Source: Hyalangium minutum
GTDB lineage: Bacteria > Myxococcota > Myxococcia > Myxococcales > Myxococcaceae
Assembly: GCF_000737315.1 (NCBI RefSeq)
Contig: NZ_JMCB01000006.1
Location: 764,001 to 1,012,000 of the forward strand
Length of the DNA stretch: 248,000 nucleotides
Reading direction: 5' to 3'
The notes under the pieces were generated by a model. That model saw only the letters and a list, made by a program, of their open reading frames with translations. It made no database searches and was not told where the DNA came from. Positions within the stretch are counted from its first letter, which is position 1. Each line of letters opens with the position of its first letter. The translations under genes were made by a program, and so were the position numbers. Shown one piece after another: positions 63,979 through 74,123 of the stretch.

Positions 63979-64875
63979 TCAGCGCAGATTCAAGCCGGAG
64001 AGGGTGAAGGTGCGCACCTTGTCCTCATCCCACACCTGCAGGCTGTAGGTGCCCGGAAGGTTTTCATCTGGGCGGGTCACCTCCACCCAGATGGAGCCGT
64101 TCTTCCGGGGGGGGATGGGTTTGGGCAGCACCACATCGAGCGGCTCCAGTGGCTGGCCGGACGCGCCGGTGACGGCGGCGCTTGCCAGCCGCAAGGGCCT
64201 CGAGGGGTCGTTGTTCATGACATTCGCCTCCAGCACGAGCCGGTTCTTGGCCACGTAGAGCCGCAGCCGCTTCACCTGGAGCGCGGCCCCCGAAGCCAGA
64301 ACGGGAGGCGGGAAGTCGAGAGGACGGGGGGGGAGGGTGTGGTCCTCAAACGCCCCGTCCGCCAGCAACCGCGCGAGCCCGCCGAGAGCGGGGGGAGGCT
64401 GCCCCTGGAGGCAGCTCTGCAGCTCTTCCTCCTTGCGCGCAATCTCGGCCTGACAGGACTCCGAGCTGCGGGGCGCACGGAAGATATCCACCTGGCGATC
64501 GGCCTCGTCCCGGTAGACGACGAGGATGAAGGAGGCGCTCGCCGGAGCTGCGGTCCCCGTGAAGCGCACCGTCAGCTGGAGCCGCTCGCCCGGGGCCAGC
64601 TTCTCCGAGGGCATCAAGAGCATGGAGCGGTTCATGGCCTCCACGCGCTCGAAGCGAGGGCGGCCCTCCAGTTCCACCTTGGGGGCCAGCTCCCGGTCGA
64701 AGAGCAGCGAGGTGACCAGCCCCGGGCTGATGCAAATCTCGGGGGGAGGCGCCGCGCCTTCCTTCAGCTCGATGCGGCGTCTTCCTGTCTGGCAGGGGGA
64801 GGGCTGGGCCCAGACGGTGGAGGCTGTCCCGAGCAGGAGGAGCGCCAGGAGGAGGGCAGGGGGGGAGGGGGACAT
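63979..64875 (-). CDS. DUF2381 family protein
   Basis: Signal peptide; family similarity to 15534. Confidence 0.7.
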   Translation of the reverse strand: MSPSPPALLLALLLLGTASTVWAQPSPCQTGRRRIELKEGAAPPPEICISPGLVTSLLFDRELAPKVELEGRPRFERVEAMNRSMLLMPSEKLAPGERLQLTVRFTGTAAPASASFILVVYRDEADRQVDIFRAPRSSESCQAEIARKEEELQSCLQGQPPPALGGLARLLADGAFEDHTLPPRPLDFPPPVLASGAALQVKRLRLYVAKNRLVLEANVMNNDPSRPLRLASAAVTGASGQPLEPLDVVLPKPIPPRKNGSIWVEVTRPDENLPGTYSLQVWDEDKVRTFTLSGLNLR

Positions 64876-64971
64876 GCGGCGGTGACTCCGGTTCAGCGCT
64901 GGGGCGGACGTCCGCCTCTAGCATGCCTCTCGGAGCCTGCCGGGCGACAGGCCACTTTGCGCGGGAGTCCT

Positions 64972-66951
64972 TCAGGGCCTCGAAGGAGGGTAGTGGTGGC
65001 CGTAGTAGACCCAGGCGTAGATGTTGACCTTCATCGCCCCGGGCCGCGAGTCCGGCGTGAAGGGGAGGCCATCGTTGGCGGTGTCTTCCTGGACGAGGAC
65101 GCCACAGAAGGGCAGCCGGCGGCCATCGGGCAGCACCGCCTCGGTGAAGCGGACGTAGAACCGGTCGCGGATGAAGCCCTGGCCCACGAACCGCGTATCG
65201 TCGGGGTAGCTGCGGCCAGGCTTTCGGGCGTCCCAGACGTAGACTTCGCGCGGGCCCTCGGCCACCGCCATGGTGAGCGTGGGCAAGTCGTCGAATGTCA
65301 GGAGGACGCGGGCGCGGTCAGCCCAGGGATCCCCCCAGAGCATCTCCTTCATGCTGGCCACGGCCTCGGGAGAGCACTTCGGGAGCGGAGGAGGCCCCAG
65401 GCGGACTGCGGCGTCCGTGCTGGCACAGCCCACCGCCACGGTGCAGGCGGCCACGGCCCCAGCCAAGGCGCGGGACTCCCACAGGCGCGAGAACCAGGGT
65501 TTGTCCAGGGGAGGAGGGAGGGGAGCGGGGGAGGGGTCGGGAAAGAAGCGCCTCATGGGTAGACCTTTCTTGGGTCGGGGAGGGGTGGGCTCCACGGCCT
65601 CCGCCGGGGGCCTCGCGCTGGGCCGGGCGTGGAGGGGAACTCGGAGAGGCCCATCCTCCAGGCGGGAGGCCGGGGGAGGCAGGGCCAGCAGCTGGCACAG
65701 CCACTCGGAGGAGGGCGCAAGGTCCATCGAGGCCCCGGTGTCTTGTCTCCCGGTGCCGGGCAGGCCGGCCCGCCACACGCCCGCGGCCAGCACCGTGAGC
65801 AGCACCCCGGTGGACAGCGCGGCCCGCCACGGGCGGCGCCGGTGCCACGAGGGACCCGGAGAGGCCCGTTCTATGGGGCCGGTGGGGATGGACTCCCCCC
65901 TGGGGGAGGTGGTCCCAGGTGAGGAGTGTGCTCCCCCCCCATCCTCCTTCCCCAAGAGGGGCCTCTCCGGGTCTTTCTGGCTGGACATGACGGCCGGTCC
66001 CCCGGTGCCCTCTGTCGTCGCGGCATGCGCGCCGGGCGAGAGTGGCACCTCCAAGAAGGAGGGGGCGTCATGCAGCAGCGCCTGTAACAAATCGTGGAGC
66101 GCCTGGCCGCTCGCGGGCCGCTGCTCGGGGTCCTTCGCCAGCAGCCGCAGCACCAGCGCTCCGAGCGCGGGCGGCACCTGGGGGTTGAGCACGGCGGGCG
66201 AGGCAGGCATCTCCTTTTCGATGAGCGAGGTGAGCACCTCCCGCGGCAGGGTGGGGGGGAAGGGCGGCACGCTGGTGAGCACCTCGTAGAGCGTGGCGCC
66301 CAGCGCGTAGAGGTCATCCGTGGGGCGGAACGGGTAGCGCGCGGTGGGGTCCGCGTAGCGCTCGCGGTGGAAGCGCAGGGCCTCGGGGGTGCGCAGGTGC
66401 GGGGTGCCCGGGGGCAGCGGGCCCTCGGTGAGCTGCGAGTCCGAGCCCACGTGCTCGCTGGCGCCAAAGTCCACCAGCACCGGCTCTCCGTCCCGGGCGC
66501 GCACCAGGATGTTGGAGCCCTTCAAGTCCCGGTGGTGGATGGACTGCGCGTGCAGCGCGTCCAGGGTGAGCGCCAGCGTGGCGAACACGCGAATCACCTC
66601 GCGCAGCGGGGGGCGCGACTGCTTCACCCAGTCGGTGAGGGTGGGGCCCTCCACCAGGTCCATGACGACGTAGTGGAAGCCGGTGCGAGGGTGCGGCCAG
66701 CGGCCGTGGGCCCACACCTTCACCACGTTGGGGTGGGTGACGAGCAGCAGGCAGGCCAGCTCTCGCTGGGCGCGGGCATCCGTGCGGTTGGCGTCGTCGC
66801 TGTCGGGGCCGTGCACGGCGAACTTGAGGGCAAACAGCTCCCCGTCCCGCTCCACGCGGAACACCGCTCCGAAGCCCCCGGCCCCCAGCCGGGCTTGGAT
66901 GCGGAAGTCGCCCACCATCATGTCCGGCATCAGCTGGAAGGGGTGCTGCAT
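64972..66951 (-). CDS. Ser/Thr kinase with C-terminal lipoprotein-like domain
   Basis: GAGGFG, HRDLKGSN, DFG. Confidence 0.88.
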   Translation of the reverse strand: MQHPFQLMPDMMVGDFRIQARLGAGGFGAVFRVERDGELFALKFAVHGPDSDDANRTDARAQRELACLLLVTHPNVVKVWAHGRWPHPRTGFHYVVMDLVEGPTLTDWVKQSRPPLREVIRVFATLALTLDALHAQSIHHRDLKGSNILVRARDGEPVLVDFGASEHVGSDSQLTEGPLPPGTPHLRTPEALRFHRERYADPTARYPFRPTDDLYALGATLYEVLTSVPPFPPTLPREVLTSLIEKEMPASPAVLNPQVPPALGALVLRLLAKDPEQRPASGQALHDLLQALLHDAPSFLEVPLSPGAHAATTEGTGGPAVMSSQKDPERPLLGKEDGGGAHSSPGTTSPRGESIPTGPIERASPGPSWHRRRPWRAALSTGVLLTVLAAGVWRAGLPGTGRQDTGASMDLAPSSEWLCQLLALPPPASRLEDGPLRVPLHARPSARPPAEAVEPTPPRPKKGLPMRRFFPDPSPAPLPPPLDKPWFSRLWESRALAGAVAACTVAVGCASTDAAVRLGPPPLPKCSPEAVASMKEMLWGDPWADRARVLLTFDDLPTLTMAVAEGPREVYVWDARKPGRSYPDDTRFVGQGFIRDRFYVRFTEAVLPDGRRLPFCGVLVQEDTANDGLPFTPDSRPGAMKVNIYAWVYYGHHYPPSRP

Positions 66952-67160
66952 CACGCGTGCTCCAGAGACATCCCGGGTGGAGTCGGCCCGTTGCGTCTCC
67001 GCTGGCCGTACCTGACAAAGGGGGCCATGTGACCCGTTAGGAGGGGTTGTATGAGTATGACCTGCAAGGCAGGTTGGTTCAAGCAAGAAGGACCTAGCAG
67101 GTTGAGCCCCCGCCACGGGCGAGCAGCGGGGAGGGGCGGCGCGCGCTAGGGTGTGCGCCC

Positions 67161-67646
67161 ATGTCCATGTCCAAGGTCGACGAGCTGGTGCGAGCGCTGG
67201 GGCTCGAGCCCCATCTGGAGGGCGGTTACTTTCGGGAGACGTACCGCGCGAAGGCGCAGGTGGAGACGCCGCGAGGGGTGCGCTCGGCGGGCACGTCCAT
67301 CTACTACCTGCTGCGGCGAGGGGAGTTCGCGGCGTGGCACCAGGTGGCCTCGGACGAGGTGTGGCACTTCTACGACGGGGCTCCGCTCACGCTGTACCTG
67401 CTGAGCGAGCAGGGGCTGGAAGAGGTGACGCTCGGGCGGGAGGTGAGCCAGGGCGAGCGGCTGCAGGTGGTGGTCCCGGCCGGGGTGCTGCAGGCGGCGG
67501 TGCCGCGCGGGGACTACACGCTGGCGGGCTGCACCGTGGCGCCGGGCTTCGACTTCGCGGACTGGGAGCTGCCGACGCGGGACACGCTGGTGGCGCGCTA
67601 CCCGGAGCATGCCGAGCTGGTCCGCCAGCTCACCCGTCCGGGCTGA
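67161..67646 (+). CDS. cupin_5 (DUF985) protein
   Basis: HLEGGYFRET, SIYYLL, CTVAPGFDF. Confidence 0.85.
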   Translation: MSMSKVDELVRALGLEPHLEGGYFRETYRAKAQVETPRGVRSAGTSIYYLLRRGEFAAWHQVASDEVWHFYDGAPLTLYLLSEQGLEEVTLGREVSQGERLQVVVPAGVLQAAVPRGDYTLAGCTVAPGFDFADWELPTRDTLVARYPEHAELVRQLTRPG

Positions 67647-67740
67647 GCGACGGGGCGGGTCGAGGCCCCGCATATAATGTTGCGGGGCGCCGGGGATGGG
67701 GTGTGTGAGTGTGGGCTAGCGAGGGTTCAGGTGTTCCTGA

Positions 67741-67862
67741 CGTCGCCCACAAGCGCAGGCGCGAAGGCGATGAGGATGAGGGTCCTCTGCTGGGGCATCG
67801 CTTGCACCCCGTGACGACGATATGGAGGGCGATACCCTGTTCGAGCAACGCGTCGGTGCTAC
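67741..67862 (-). pseudogene. remnant of a DUF6310 toxin / DUF5953 immunity junction
   Basis: Nucleotide similarity to 149560-149680. Confidence 0.7.
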
Positions 67863-67940
67863 ACGGTGCTAGGCGAACAGTCACTTTCTCCGCAGGGCAG
67901 CCCCCTAACCTTCTCCCCTCCTCGCATGAAGGAGTGACAC

Positions 67941-69308
67941 ATGGGGCTGAGGCGAATTCCCTGGAGAAGGATGAGCGCACTTGTCGTCGCGTTCCTCGTG
68001 GGATGCAGCAGCATCCCACGGGTCCCCCACGTGGAGGACACCGGCCAAGGCCAAGCCGTCGTCCACATTCCCCGCACGGTGGACCTGCAACTCGTCGTGG
68101 TGAAACCAGAGGAGTTCCAGCAGGCCATGAGGCGACTGGCGCGCGAGGTGCGACTGTCAGGCACCCCGCGTCAGACGGTGGAGAAGATGTTTCAGATGGA
68201 CCCGCAGTTCGGCAACTACCTCTACCTGCGGGCGGACAAGAAGTTGGTGCCGCTGGGTTCGGGCGAACCCTGGGACGGCACGTTGACGCAAGACGATCTG
68301 GAGACGGCCGAGCGCTACCGGGTCTGGTGCCAGCGCGTTTACAACGTCTACGGGGACTGTCTCGGGGGCGCGTTGGTGGGTGGGCGCTACCTGGACATGC
68401 ACGGCCGCTACATCTGGGCGCTGGCGCTGAGCAAGAGCCCGGTGATCGACGAGATGAAGAAGGCGCTGGGGGAGATGGTGGAAGTCCGCGCGCTCATCAA
68501 CACGGTCTTGTGGACGTTGGGTTCCATGCTGCTGATCCTGGCGCTCAACCCCGTAGCTCCGGCGCTGGTGGCGGTGGTTGGCCTGGGGCTGATTCTGTAC
68601 GTGGGTTACGACACGCTCCGCAACCTTGTCACCGGCTGGATCCAATTGATGGAAGAGGTGAAGGTGGCCACCACCTTCGAGCAGATCCGCGATGCGGGCG
68701 AGCGCTTCGGGAAGCTTCTCGGGCGAGAGGCAGCGCGCGCATTCGCCATGCTCCTGATGGCGGCCATTGGCTCGACGGCGAAGCTGTTCGCGGCCAAGGT
68801 GCCGACGCTGCCCGGCTCGGCGCAGGTGGCCGTGCAGGCCGATGGCACGGCAAAAATCTCGCTGTCCGCGTTGGGCTCAGTGGAGGAGATCGCGCTGACG
68901 GCGGAGGGCGTGAGCGTGACGGTGGCAGCCACCGCGATGACGATGGGGGCCAGTGGCAGTGGCAGCACAGGCCCCTGCATCGAGACGCACCACATCGCCA
69001 CCATCTGCAACGACACGTCCACCGCGCGCGGGGGCCCGTGGACACCGAGGTTCCGGGAGCTCTTCACCAAGGCGGGAATGTCGATGGAGGATCCGGCGAA
69101 CAAGATGCCTCTGCCGGGGCACAAAGGACCGCACCCCGAGCGGTATCACCAGATCGTCATGGACGAACTTGCCGGTGCAACGGAGACCTGTCCCAGCGTC
69201 GTGGAATGCCGGGAGGCGTTGGCTGGCGCACTCCGGAAACTGGCCAAGCAGATCGCCACCCCGGGAACAGAACTGAACCAACTCGTCACCCGAGCCACGC
69301 CACGATAA
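67941..69308 (+). CDS. AHH-nuclease lipoprotein toxin (SitA-like)
   Basis: Close paralog of 42226. Confidence 0.8.
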   Translation: MGLRRIPWRRMSALVVAFLVGCSSIPRVPHVEDTGQGQAVVHIPRTVDLQLVVVKPEEFQQAMRRLAREVRLSGTPRQTVEKMFQMDPQFGNYLYLRADKKLVPLGSGEPWDGTLTQDDLETAERYRVWCQRVYNVYGDCLGGALVGGRYLDMHGRYIWALALSKSPVIDEMKKALGEMVEVRALINTVLWTLGSMLLILALNPVAPALVAVVGLGLILYVGYDTLRNLVTGWIQLMEEVKVATTFEQIRDAGERFGKLLGREAARAFAMLLMAAIGSTAKLFAAKVPTLPGSAQVAVQADGTAKISLSALGSVEEIALTAEGVSVTVAATAMTMGASGSGSTGPCIETHHIATICNDTSTARGGPWTPRFRELFTKAGMSMEDPANKMPLPGHKGPHPERYHQIVMDELAGATETCPSVVECREALAGALRKLAKQIATPGTELNQLVTRATPR

Positions 69309-69317
69309 ACGGAGTCC

Positions 69318-69881
69318 ATGTCCCAGCGTTTCTTCAGACTCGCCGACGATGTCAACGTCCCGCACCGCTGGCATCTAGCAATGCCCAGGGACCGACAGAG
69401 CCTCAAAGTGGATGACGGGCAGTTCAGGCTTGGCTTCCCCGTCCTCTTCAAGGAGCGATTGAGAATCCCCGTCGAGACTGCGGGCACACCGCTGGACTTC
69501 ACAGAGGCGGGCATCATGATCCCGGTGGTTCATGTCCGGGTCGCGTCCATGTTCGCAGAGCTGGCCCCAGATGATGTGCAACTGATCCCCGTGGACGTGG
69601 AGGGCCAGCCGGATCAGTACCTCATCCTTGTGGCCACACGCCGCATCCACTGTATCGACGAAAAGGCATCCCGGATCGAACTCTGGACGCATGAGGACGG
69701 AGTGCCTCACAAGGTCGGTCAGTATTTCTCCGTGCGCGACCTGCGCATCGACAAGTCCAAGGTGGGGAGCGCCCAGGTGCTTCGGTGCGAGGGGTGGACG
69801 GGCCCGCTGATCGTCTCCGGGGAGATCAAGGACGCCTTGGATCGCATAGGGGCCACAGGCACGAGGTTCGAGGAGGTCTAG
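69318..69881 (+). CDS. Imm11/DUF1629-like immunity protein
   Basis: Paralog of 43600. Confidence 0.78.
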   Translation: MSQRFFRLADDVNVPHRWHLAMPRDRQSLKVDDGQFRLGFPVLFKERLRIPVETAGTPLDFTEAGIMIPVVHVRVASMFAELAPDDVQLIPVDVEGQPDQYLILVATRRIHCIDEKASRIELWTHEDGVPHKVGQYFSVRDLRIDKSKVGSAQVLRCEGWTGPLIVSGEIKDALDRIGATGTRFEEV

Positions 69882-70181
69882 TCCGGTCTTCTGCGTCAGG
69901 GTTCTGGCGGCTCCGCGCGCTGGTGCACGGTGATCTGGGCGCTGCCTTGGACGGCAGGGGGAGTGCTGGCTCGGCTGGCGGCGGTGGGCGTCTTCTTGGG
70001 CGTGCTTCGGGCCATGCTGATGCTGCGCGACCGGCGCCTCGACAACCCCTGCCGCACCTGTCCGTATGGGAGCAAGCCGTTCTGTGGCCATTACCTGCCG
70101 GCCTACGAGCCGGAAATGTCGGGACTTTTGGCGTTCAAAACCCCCGACATTTCCGAACAGGCGGAGGCGGGTCCGGTCCCT

Positions 70182-71060
70182 TTAGGGGCGCCGCAGCCGC
70201 TCCGGATGTGTGTAGACGTTGAAGCGCCCGCCGCGCACGAACGTGGCGAGCGTCACTCTGGAGCGCTCCGCGAGATCAATGGCGAGCGAGCTCGCCGCGG
70301 ACACACTGGCCACCACGGGAATGCGAGCAACGGCCGCCTTCTGGACGATCTCGAAGCTCGCGCGGCCGCTCACCACGAGGACAGTGGGCGGGTGTTCGGG
70401 CGGAGGTGCCGGGAGGCTCGGTGAGGCACGAGAGGAACGCACCGCCCCACTGAGCACCAGCGTGCCCACCACCTTGTCCACCGCGTTGTGCCGGCCCACG
70501 TCCTCGGCCGAAGCGAGCAGCTCCCCGCTCGCGTCCAGCACAGCCGCCGCGTGAACGCCGCCCGTGCGCGCGAAGTTGCGCTGGAGATCTCTCAAGCGAT
70601 CGGTGGCGCGGCCCACCACCTTCGGCGCGAGCGCGGGTCCAGGCGGCACCGGTGAGCACACCGCCATCAGGTCATCCACGCTCCGCCGTCCGCAGACGCC
70701 GCAGGCCGCCGTGGTCAGCGTTCCCCGGCGGGAGGAGTTCACTCGCTCCACTTCGAGCACCAGCCCGGGAGCGGGCGTCACCTCGATGATGTTGCCCCAG
70801 CCCTCCTCACCTGGACGCCCGCAGTACGTCACACCGCCCAGGTCCTCCACGGAGCGGAGGATGCCCTCGGAGAACAGGAAGCCCACGGCGAGCTCCCGGT
70901 CCTGACCCGGGGTGCGCATGGTGATGGCCACCGTGTCGCCGCTGACGCGGATCTCCAGCGGCTCCTCTACGGCGACCGAGTCCTCCTCGGGTGCGGCGGC
71001 CTCTGCCTCCGAGAACCGCACCACCGTCCGCCGCGTGACGCCCTTCTCCTCACGGCTCAT
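70182..71060 (-). CDS. fdhD: formate dehydrogenase accessory sulfurtransferase FdhD
   Basis: [24 protein letters not shown]. Confidence 0.92.
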   Translation of the reverse strand: MSREEKGVTRRTVVRFSEAEAAAPEEDSVAVEEPLEIRVSGDTVAITMRTPGQDRELAVGFLFSEGILRSVEDLGGVTYCGRPGEEGWGNIIEVTPAPGLVLEVERVNSSRRGTLTTAACGVCGRRSVDDLMAVCSPVPPGPALAPKVVGRATDRLRDLQRNFARTGGVHAAAVLDASGELLASAEDVGRHNAVDKVVGTLVLSGAVRSSRASPSLPAPPPEHPPTVLVVSGRASFEIVQKAAVARIPVVASVSAASSLAIDLAERSRVTLATFVRGGRFNVYTHPERLRRP

Positions 71061-71574
71061 GGGCCCGCTCCCGCGCCAGGTGCGTGATGAACTCGGCGAT
71101 GTTCCGCAGTTCCTCAGTCCCGAAGCGCCGCAGCCCTTCCGGAGCGTCTTCCGGCAAGCGCGGTGCATCCGTCACCACCGCGAGCACATCCGAGCGCATC
71201 GCCGCCAGCAGTGACCCCAGGCCTTCGCGCCACACCTCCAACTTGGGCAGAGGGCCTTCCTTCCAGCCCTCCACCAGCACCAGGTCCACTGCGTCCGCGA
71301 AGCGCCCGAGCAGGGGCAGCAGCGCCTTCGCGGGCTCGTCCTTCACCGTGAGCTGCACACCCGCCGGTGTGGCGAAGCCCACCAGGGCTGCCCCGCTGTG
71401 CTCGAAGCGGGCCGTGTCACTGCCCGGCCGATGCAGCGGATGCGGATCCGACGAGTGCTTCACCACACCCACGCGCAGACCCTGAGCCCGCAGCTCGGGC
71501 ACGAGCCGCTCCACCAGCGTCGTCTTCCCCGCGCCGGACCAGCCGATGACGCTCAGCGCGGGAGGCGCCTTCAT
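71050..71574 (-). CDS. mobB: molybdopterin-guanine dinucleotide biosynthesis protein MobB
   Basis: GWSGAGKTTL, VKHS. Confidence 0.88.
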   Translation of the reverse strand: MKAPPALSVIGWSGAGKTTLVERLVPELRAQGLRVGVVKHSSDPHPLHRPGSDTARFEHSGAALVGFATPAGVQLTVKDEPAKALLPLLGRFADAVDLVLVEGWKEGPLPKLEVWREGLGSLLAAMRSDVLAVVTDAPRLPEDAPEGLRRFGTEELRNIAEFITHLARERAHEP

Positions 71575-72815
71575 CCTTCCACCGCCACGTACCGAGGCCG
71601 GTCGAACAGCTCCATCTCCACCTCATCGCCCTCGGAGAAGTCGGCGCGGCCGGGAGGCAGAACCACGAGCCCTTCCGCGTCCACGTTCTGGAAAATCTGT
71701 CCCGAGCCCTGCGGCCGCATCTGGGCCCAGGGCCGTCCGCCGTCCTCGCGGTGCTCCACCGTGGCGGTGATGAGGTACGCCAGGCCCGCCTGCTTGTGCC
71801 GGGCCTCCGAGAGCCGTGCACGCAGCCGCCGTCGCTCCTCATGCACGCCCTGGAAGCGCAGCAGCAGCGGACGGCCAAACTGATCAAACGCGGTGGTGGC
71901 CGCACCGGGATTGCCGGGAAGCACCACCACCGCCAGCGCTCCCAGCCGAGCGACCGCCACGGGCTTGCCGGGCTTGAAGGCCACCCCATCCACGAGGAAC
72001 TGGGCGCCCAGCCCGGAGAGCACGCGCTTGACGTGGTCCTTGTCTCCCACGGAGGCGCCGCCCGTGGTGATGAGCACATCCACCCGCTGTGACAGCGCCG
72101 ACAGGGTGGTGCGCAGCTCCGCCTCGTCATCGCGGGAGCGCTCGGTGGCGACCACCTCGGCACCGGCCTCGCGGGCCAGCGCGGCGATGAGGTGGAGGTT
72201 GCTCTCGTAGACCTGATGCGGCAGCGCGGGCAGGCCCGGAGGGACCAGCTCATCTCCCGTCGCGAGCACGGCCACCCGAGGCGCTCGGCGCACGAGCGCG
72301 GTGGTGGCCCCCATGGACGCGAGCACGCCCAGCACATGCGCATCCACGCGCTGTCCGGCGGCGAAGAGGGGCGTGCCCTCGAGAACTTCCTCACCCGTGA
72401 GCCGGATGTCCTTGCCAGGCGAGACGGTGATGAAGAGAGAGACCCAGCCATCCCCCTCGGCCCGGGCGGCCTCCTGGCGGACGACGGCATCCGCGCCCGC
72501 AGGGATGGGCGCCCCGGTGAAGATGCGCGCGGCCTCTCCCGGCTGGAGAGCGCGAGAGGGCAGGGTCCCGGCATACACGGTGTCGACGATGCGCAGGCGC
72601 GCGGGGCGATCCCGCGTGGCGCCGAGGGTTTCCTCCGCGCGCACGGCCCACCCATCCATGGCGGAGGTGTCGCACCCAGGCAGTGAGCGCGCGGCCTGTA
72701 CCGCCGCCGCGAGGAAGCGGCCATGGGCCAGGAGCAAGGGCAGAGGCTCGGGCGGCACCGGGGTGACGGCACCGAGTGCGGCTTGCCGCGCTGGGATGAG
72801 AGGAGTGAGCGCCAT
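71571..72815 (-). CDS. moeA: molybdopterin molybdotransferase MoeA
   Basis: SAMDGWA, IFTGAP, TGDEL, KPGKP. Confidence 0.93.
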   Translation of the reverse strand: MALTPLIPARQAALGAVTPVPPEPLPLLLAHGRFLAAAVQAARSLPGCDTSAMDGWAVRAEETLGATRDRPARLRIVDTVYAGTLPSRALQPGEAARIFTGAPIPAGADAVVRQEAARAEGDGWVSLFITVSPGKDIRLTGEEVLEGTPLFAAGQRVDAHVLGVLASMGATTALVRRAPRVAVLATGDELVPPGLPALPHQVYESNLHLIAALAREAGAEVVATERSRDDEAELRTTLSALSQRVDVLITTGGASVGDKDHVKRVLSGLGAQFLVDGVAFKPGKPVAVARLGALAVVVLPGNPGAATTAFDQFGRPLLLRFQGVHEERRRLRARLSEARHKQAGLAYLITATVEHREDGGRPWAQMRPQGSGQIFQNVDAEGLVVLPPGRADFSEGDEVEMELFDRPRYVAVEG

Positions 72816-73010
72816 GGAAGTCCCGCTGAAGCCCCCAGCCTCTCCCAAAACCCCAGAGGGAGAAACTTCCACGAGCACCCCTGCGTCGGGTGGACAACCC
72901 GGTTCTCCACAGCCGGTGCGTGGCGGAGAGGCCCGGAGTACGGCAGGGACCCGCGCCTCCTCTGGTAGCCTGAGCCCCCGCCGCGTACCCCGCGTGGCGC
73001 TGGCGGACCC

Positions 73011-73610
73011 ATGGCGCTCTTCCCAGACGTGACGCTGGCGGTGGTGGCGGGAGGCCAGGGCCGGAGGCTCTCAGGCGTGCCCAAGGGGCTGCTGCGCGTT
73101 GGGGACAGGACGGTGCTGGACCGGCTGCTCACGCTGGCGCCCCTGTTCGCGGAGGTGCTGCTGGTCGCGAACGTGCCCGAGCCCTATGCCCGCTTCGGGC
73201 TGCGCACCGTCCCGGACGCCGTGCCGGGCAAGGGGGCTCCAGGCGGAGTCCACGCGGCGCTCGCGGCAGCGAGAACAGAGTGGGTGCTGGCGGTGGCGTG
73301 CGACATGCCCTTCGTGAGCCCCGAGGCCGTGCGCGTGCTCCTGGAGGCCCGAGCCCCCGAAGCCGGCGCCGTCTGCTTCACCGTGGAAGGCCGCGTGGAG
73401 CCACTGCTCGCCGTCTACCGAAGCTCTCTCGCGGACCCATGGGGTGAGCACCTTCAGCAAGGAGACCCGTCGCTGCGAGAGCTCCTCTCCCACGCCCGCG
73501 CGAGGCTGTTGCCGGAGGAGGCGCTCCGGGCGGTGGACGCGGAGCTGCGCTCCCTGGTGAACGTGAACACACCCGAGGACCTGCTCCGCCACGGCCTCAC
73601 GCGGCCCTGA
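73011..73610 (+). CDS. mobA: molybdenum cofactor guanylyltransferase MobA
   Basis: VAGGQGRRL..KG, ACDMP, NVNTPED. Confidence 0.9.
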   Translation: MALFPDVTLAVVAGGQGRRLSGVPKGLLRVGDRTVLDRLLTLAPLFAEVLLVANVPEPYARFGLRTVPDAVPGKGAPGGVHAALAAARTEWVLAVACDMPFVSPEAVRVLLEARAPEAGAVCFTVEGRVEPLLAVYRSSLADPWGEHLQQGDPSLRELLSHARARLLPEEALRAVDAELRSLVNVNTPEDLLRHGLTRP

Positions 73611-73616
73611 GCCCGC

Positions 73617-73982
73617 TCAGCGGCAGTGCAGGTTCACGGTGGAGAAGAGCTCGCTGATCTCGAACGGCTTCTTGAGGATGCCCTGGGTGCCCGGCAGCGG
73701 CGCCCGCCCGCTGGCCGTGACGATGATGATGGGGATGTCGCTCTGCGCCGGGTCCTGGCGCACGTGCCGCAGGAAGTCCTCGCCGTTCATCACCGGCATC
73801 ATCAAGTCCAACAGGACCAGACACGGCGGCCCTATCTGGCTCAGTACCTCGAGCCCCTCTTGTCCGTTGGAGGCGACGGCGACCTCGAAGCCCTCTCCCT
73901 CGAGGAGCTCCGCCATGGCCGCACGAATGTCCTCGTCATCCTCGACGATCAGGACGCTGCCTCTCTGTCGAGTCGTGCTCAC
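73617..73982 (-). CDS. single-domain response regulator
   Basis: IVEDD, LLDLMMP, KKPF. Confidence 0.85.
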   Translation of the reverse strand: MSTTRQRGSVLIVEDDEDIRAAMAELLEGEGFEVAVASNGQEGLEVLSQIGPPCLVLLDLMMPVMNGEDFLRHVRQDPAQSDIPIIIVTASGRAPLPGTQGILKKPFEISELFSTVNLHCR

Positions 73983-74123
73983 CAGGAGGATTGTAGGCAA
74001 GCCCGTGCCAGGAGACAGAGTTCGCGAACAGGCTCTGTCGGATTCCAACGCGCGCGCGCTTCGACACCTTTGTCCGGTACAGTGCCAGCCAGGGGACGGT
74101 AGCCAGCCGGAGCGGATCTTTCC

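Noticed and set aside
69930-70424. Possible membrane protein ORF
   Set aside because: It overlaps the 3' end of fdhD on the other strand and looks fragmentary.
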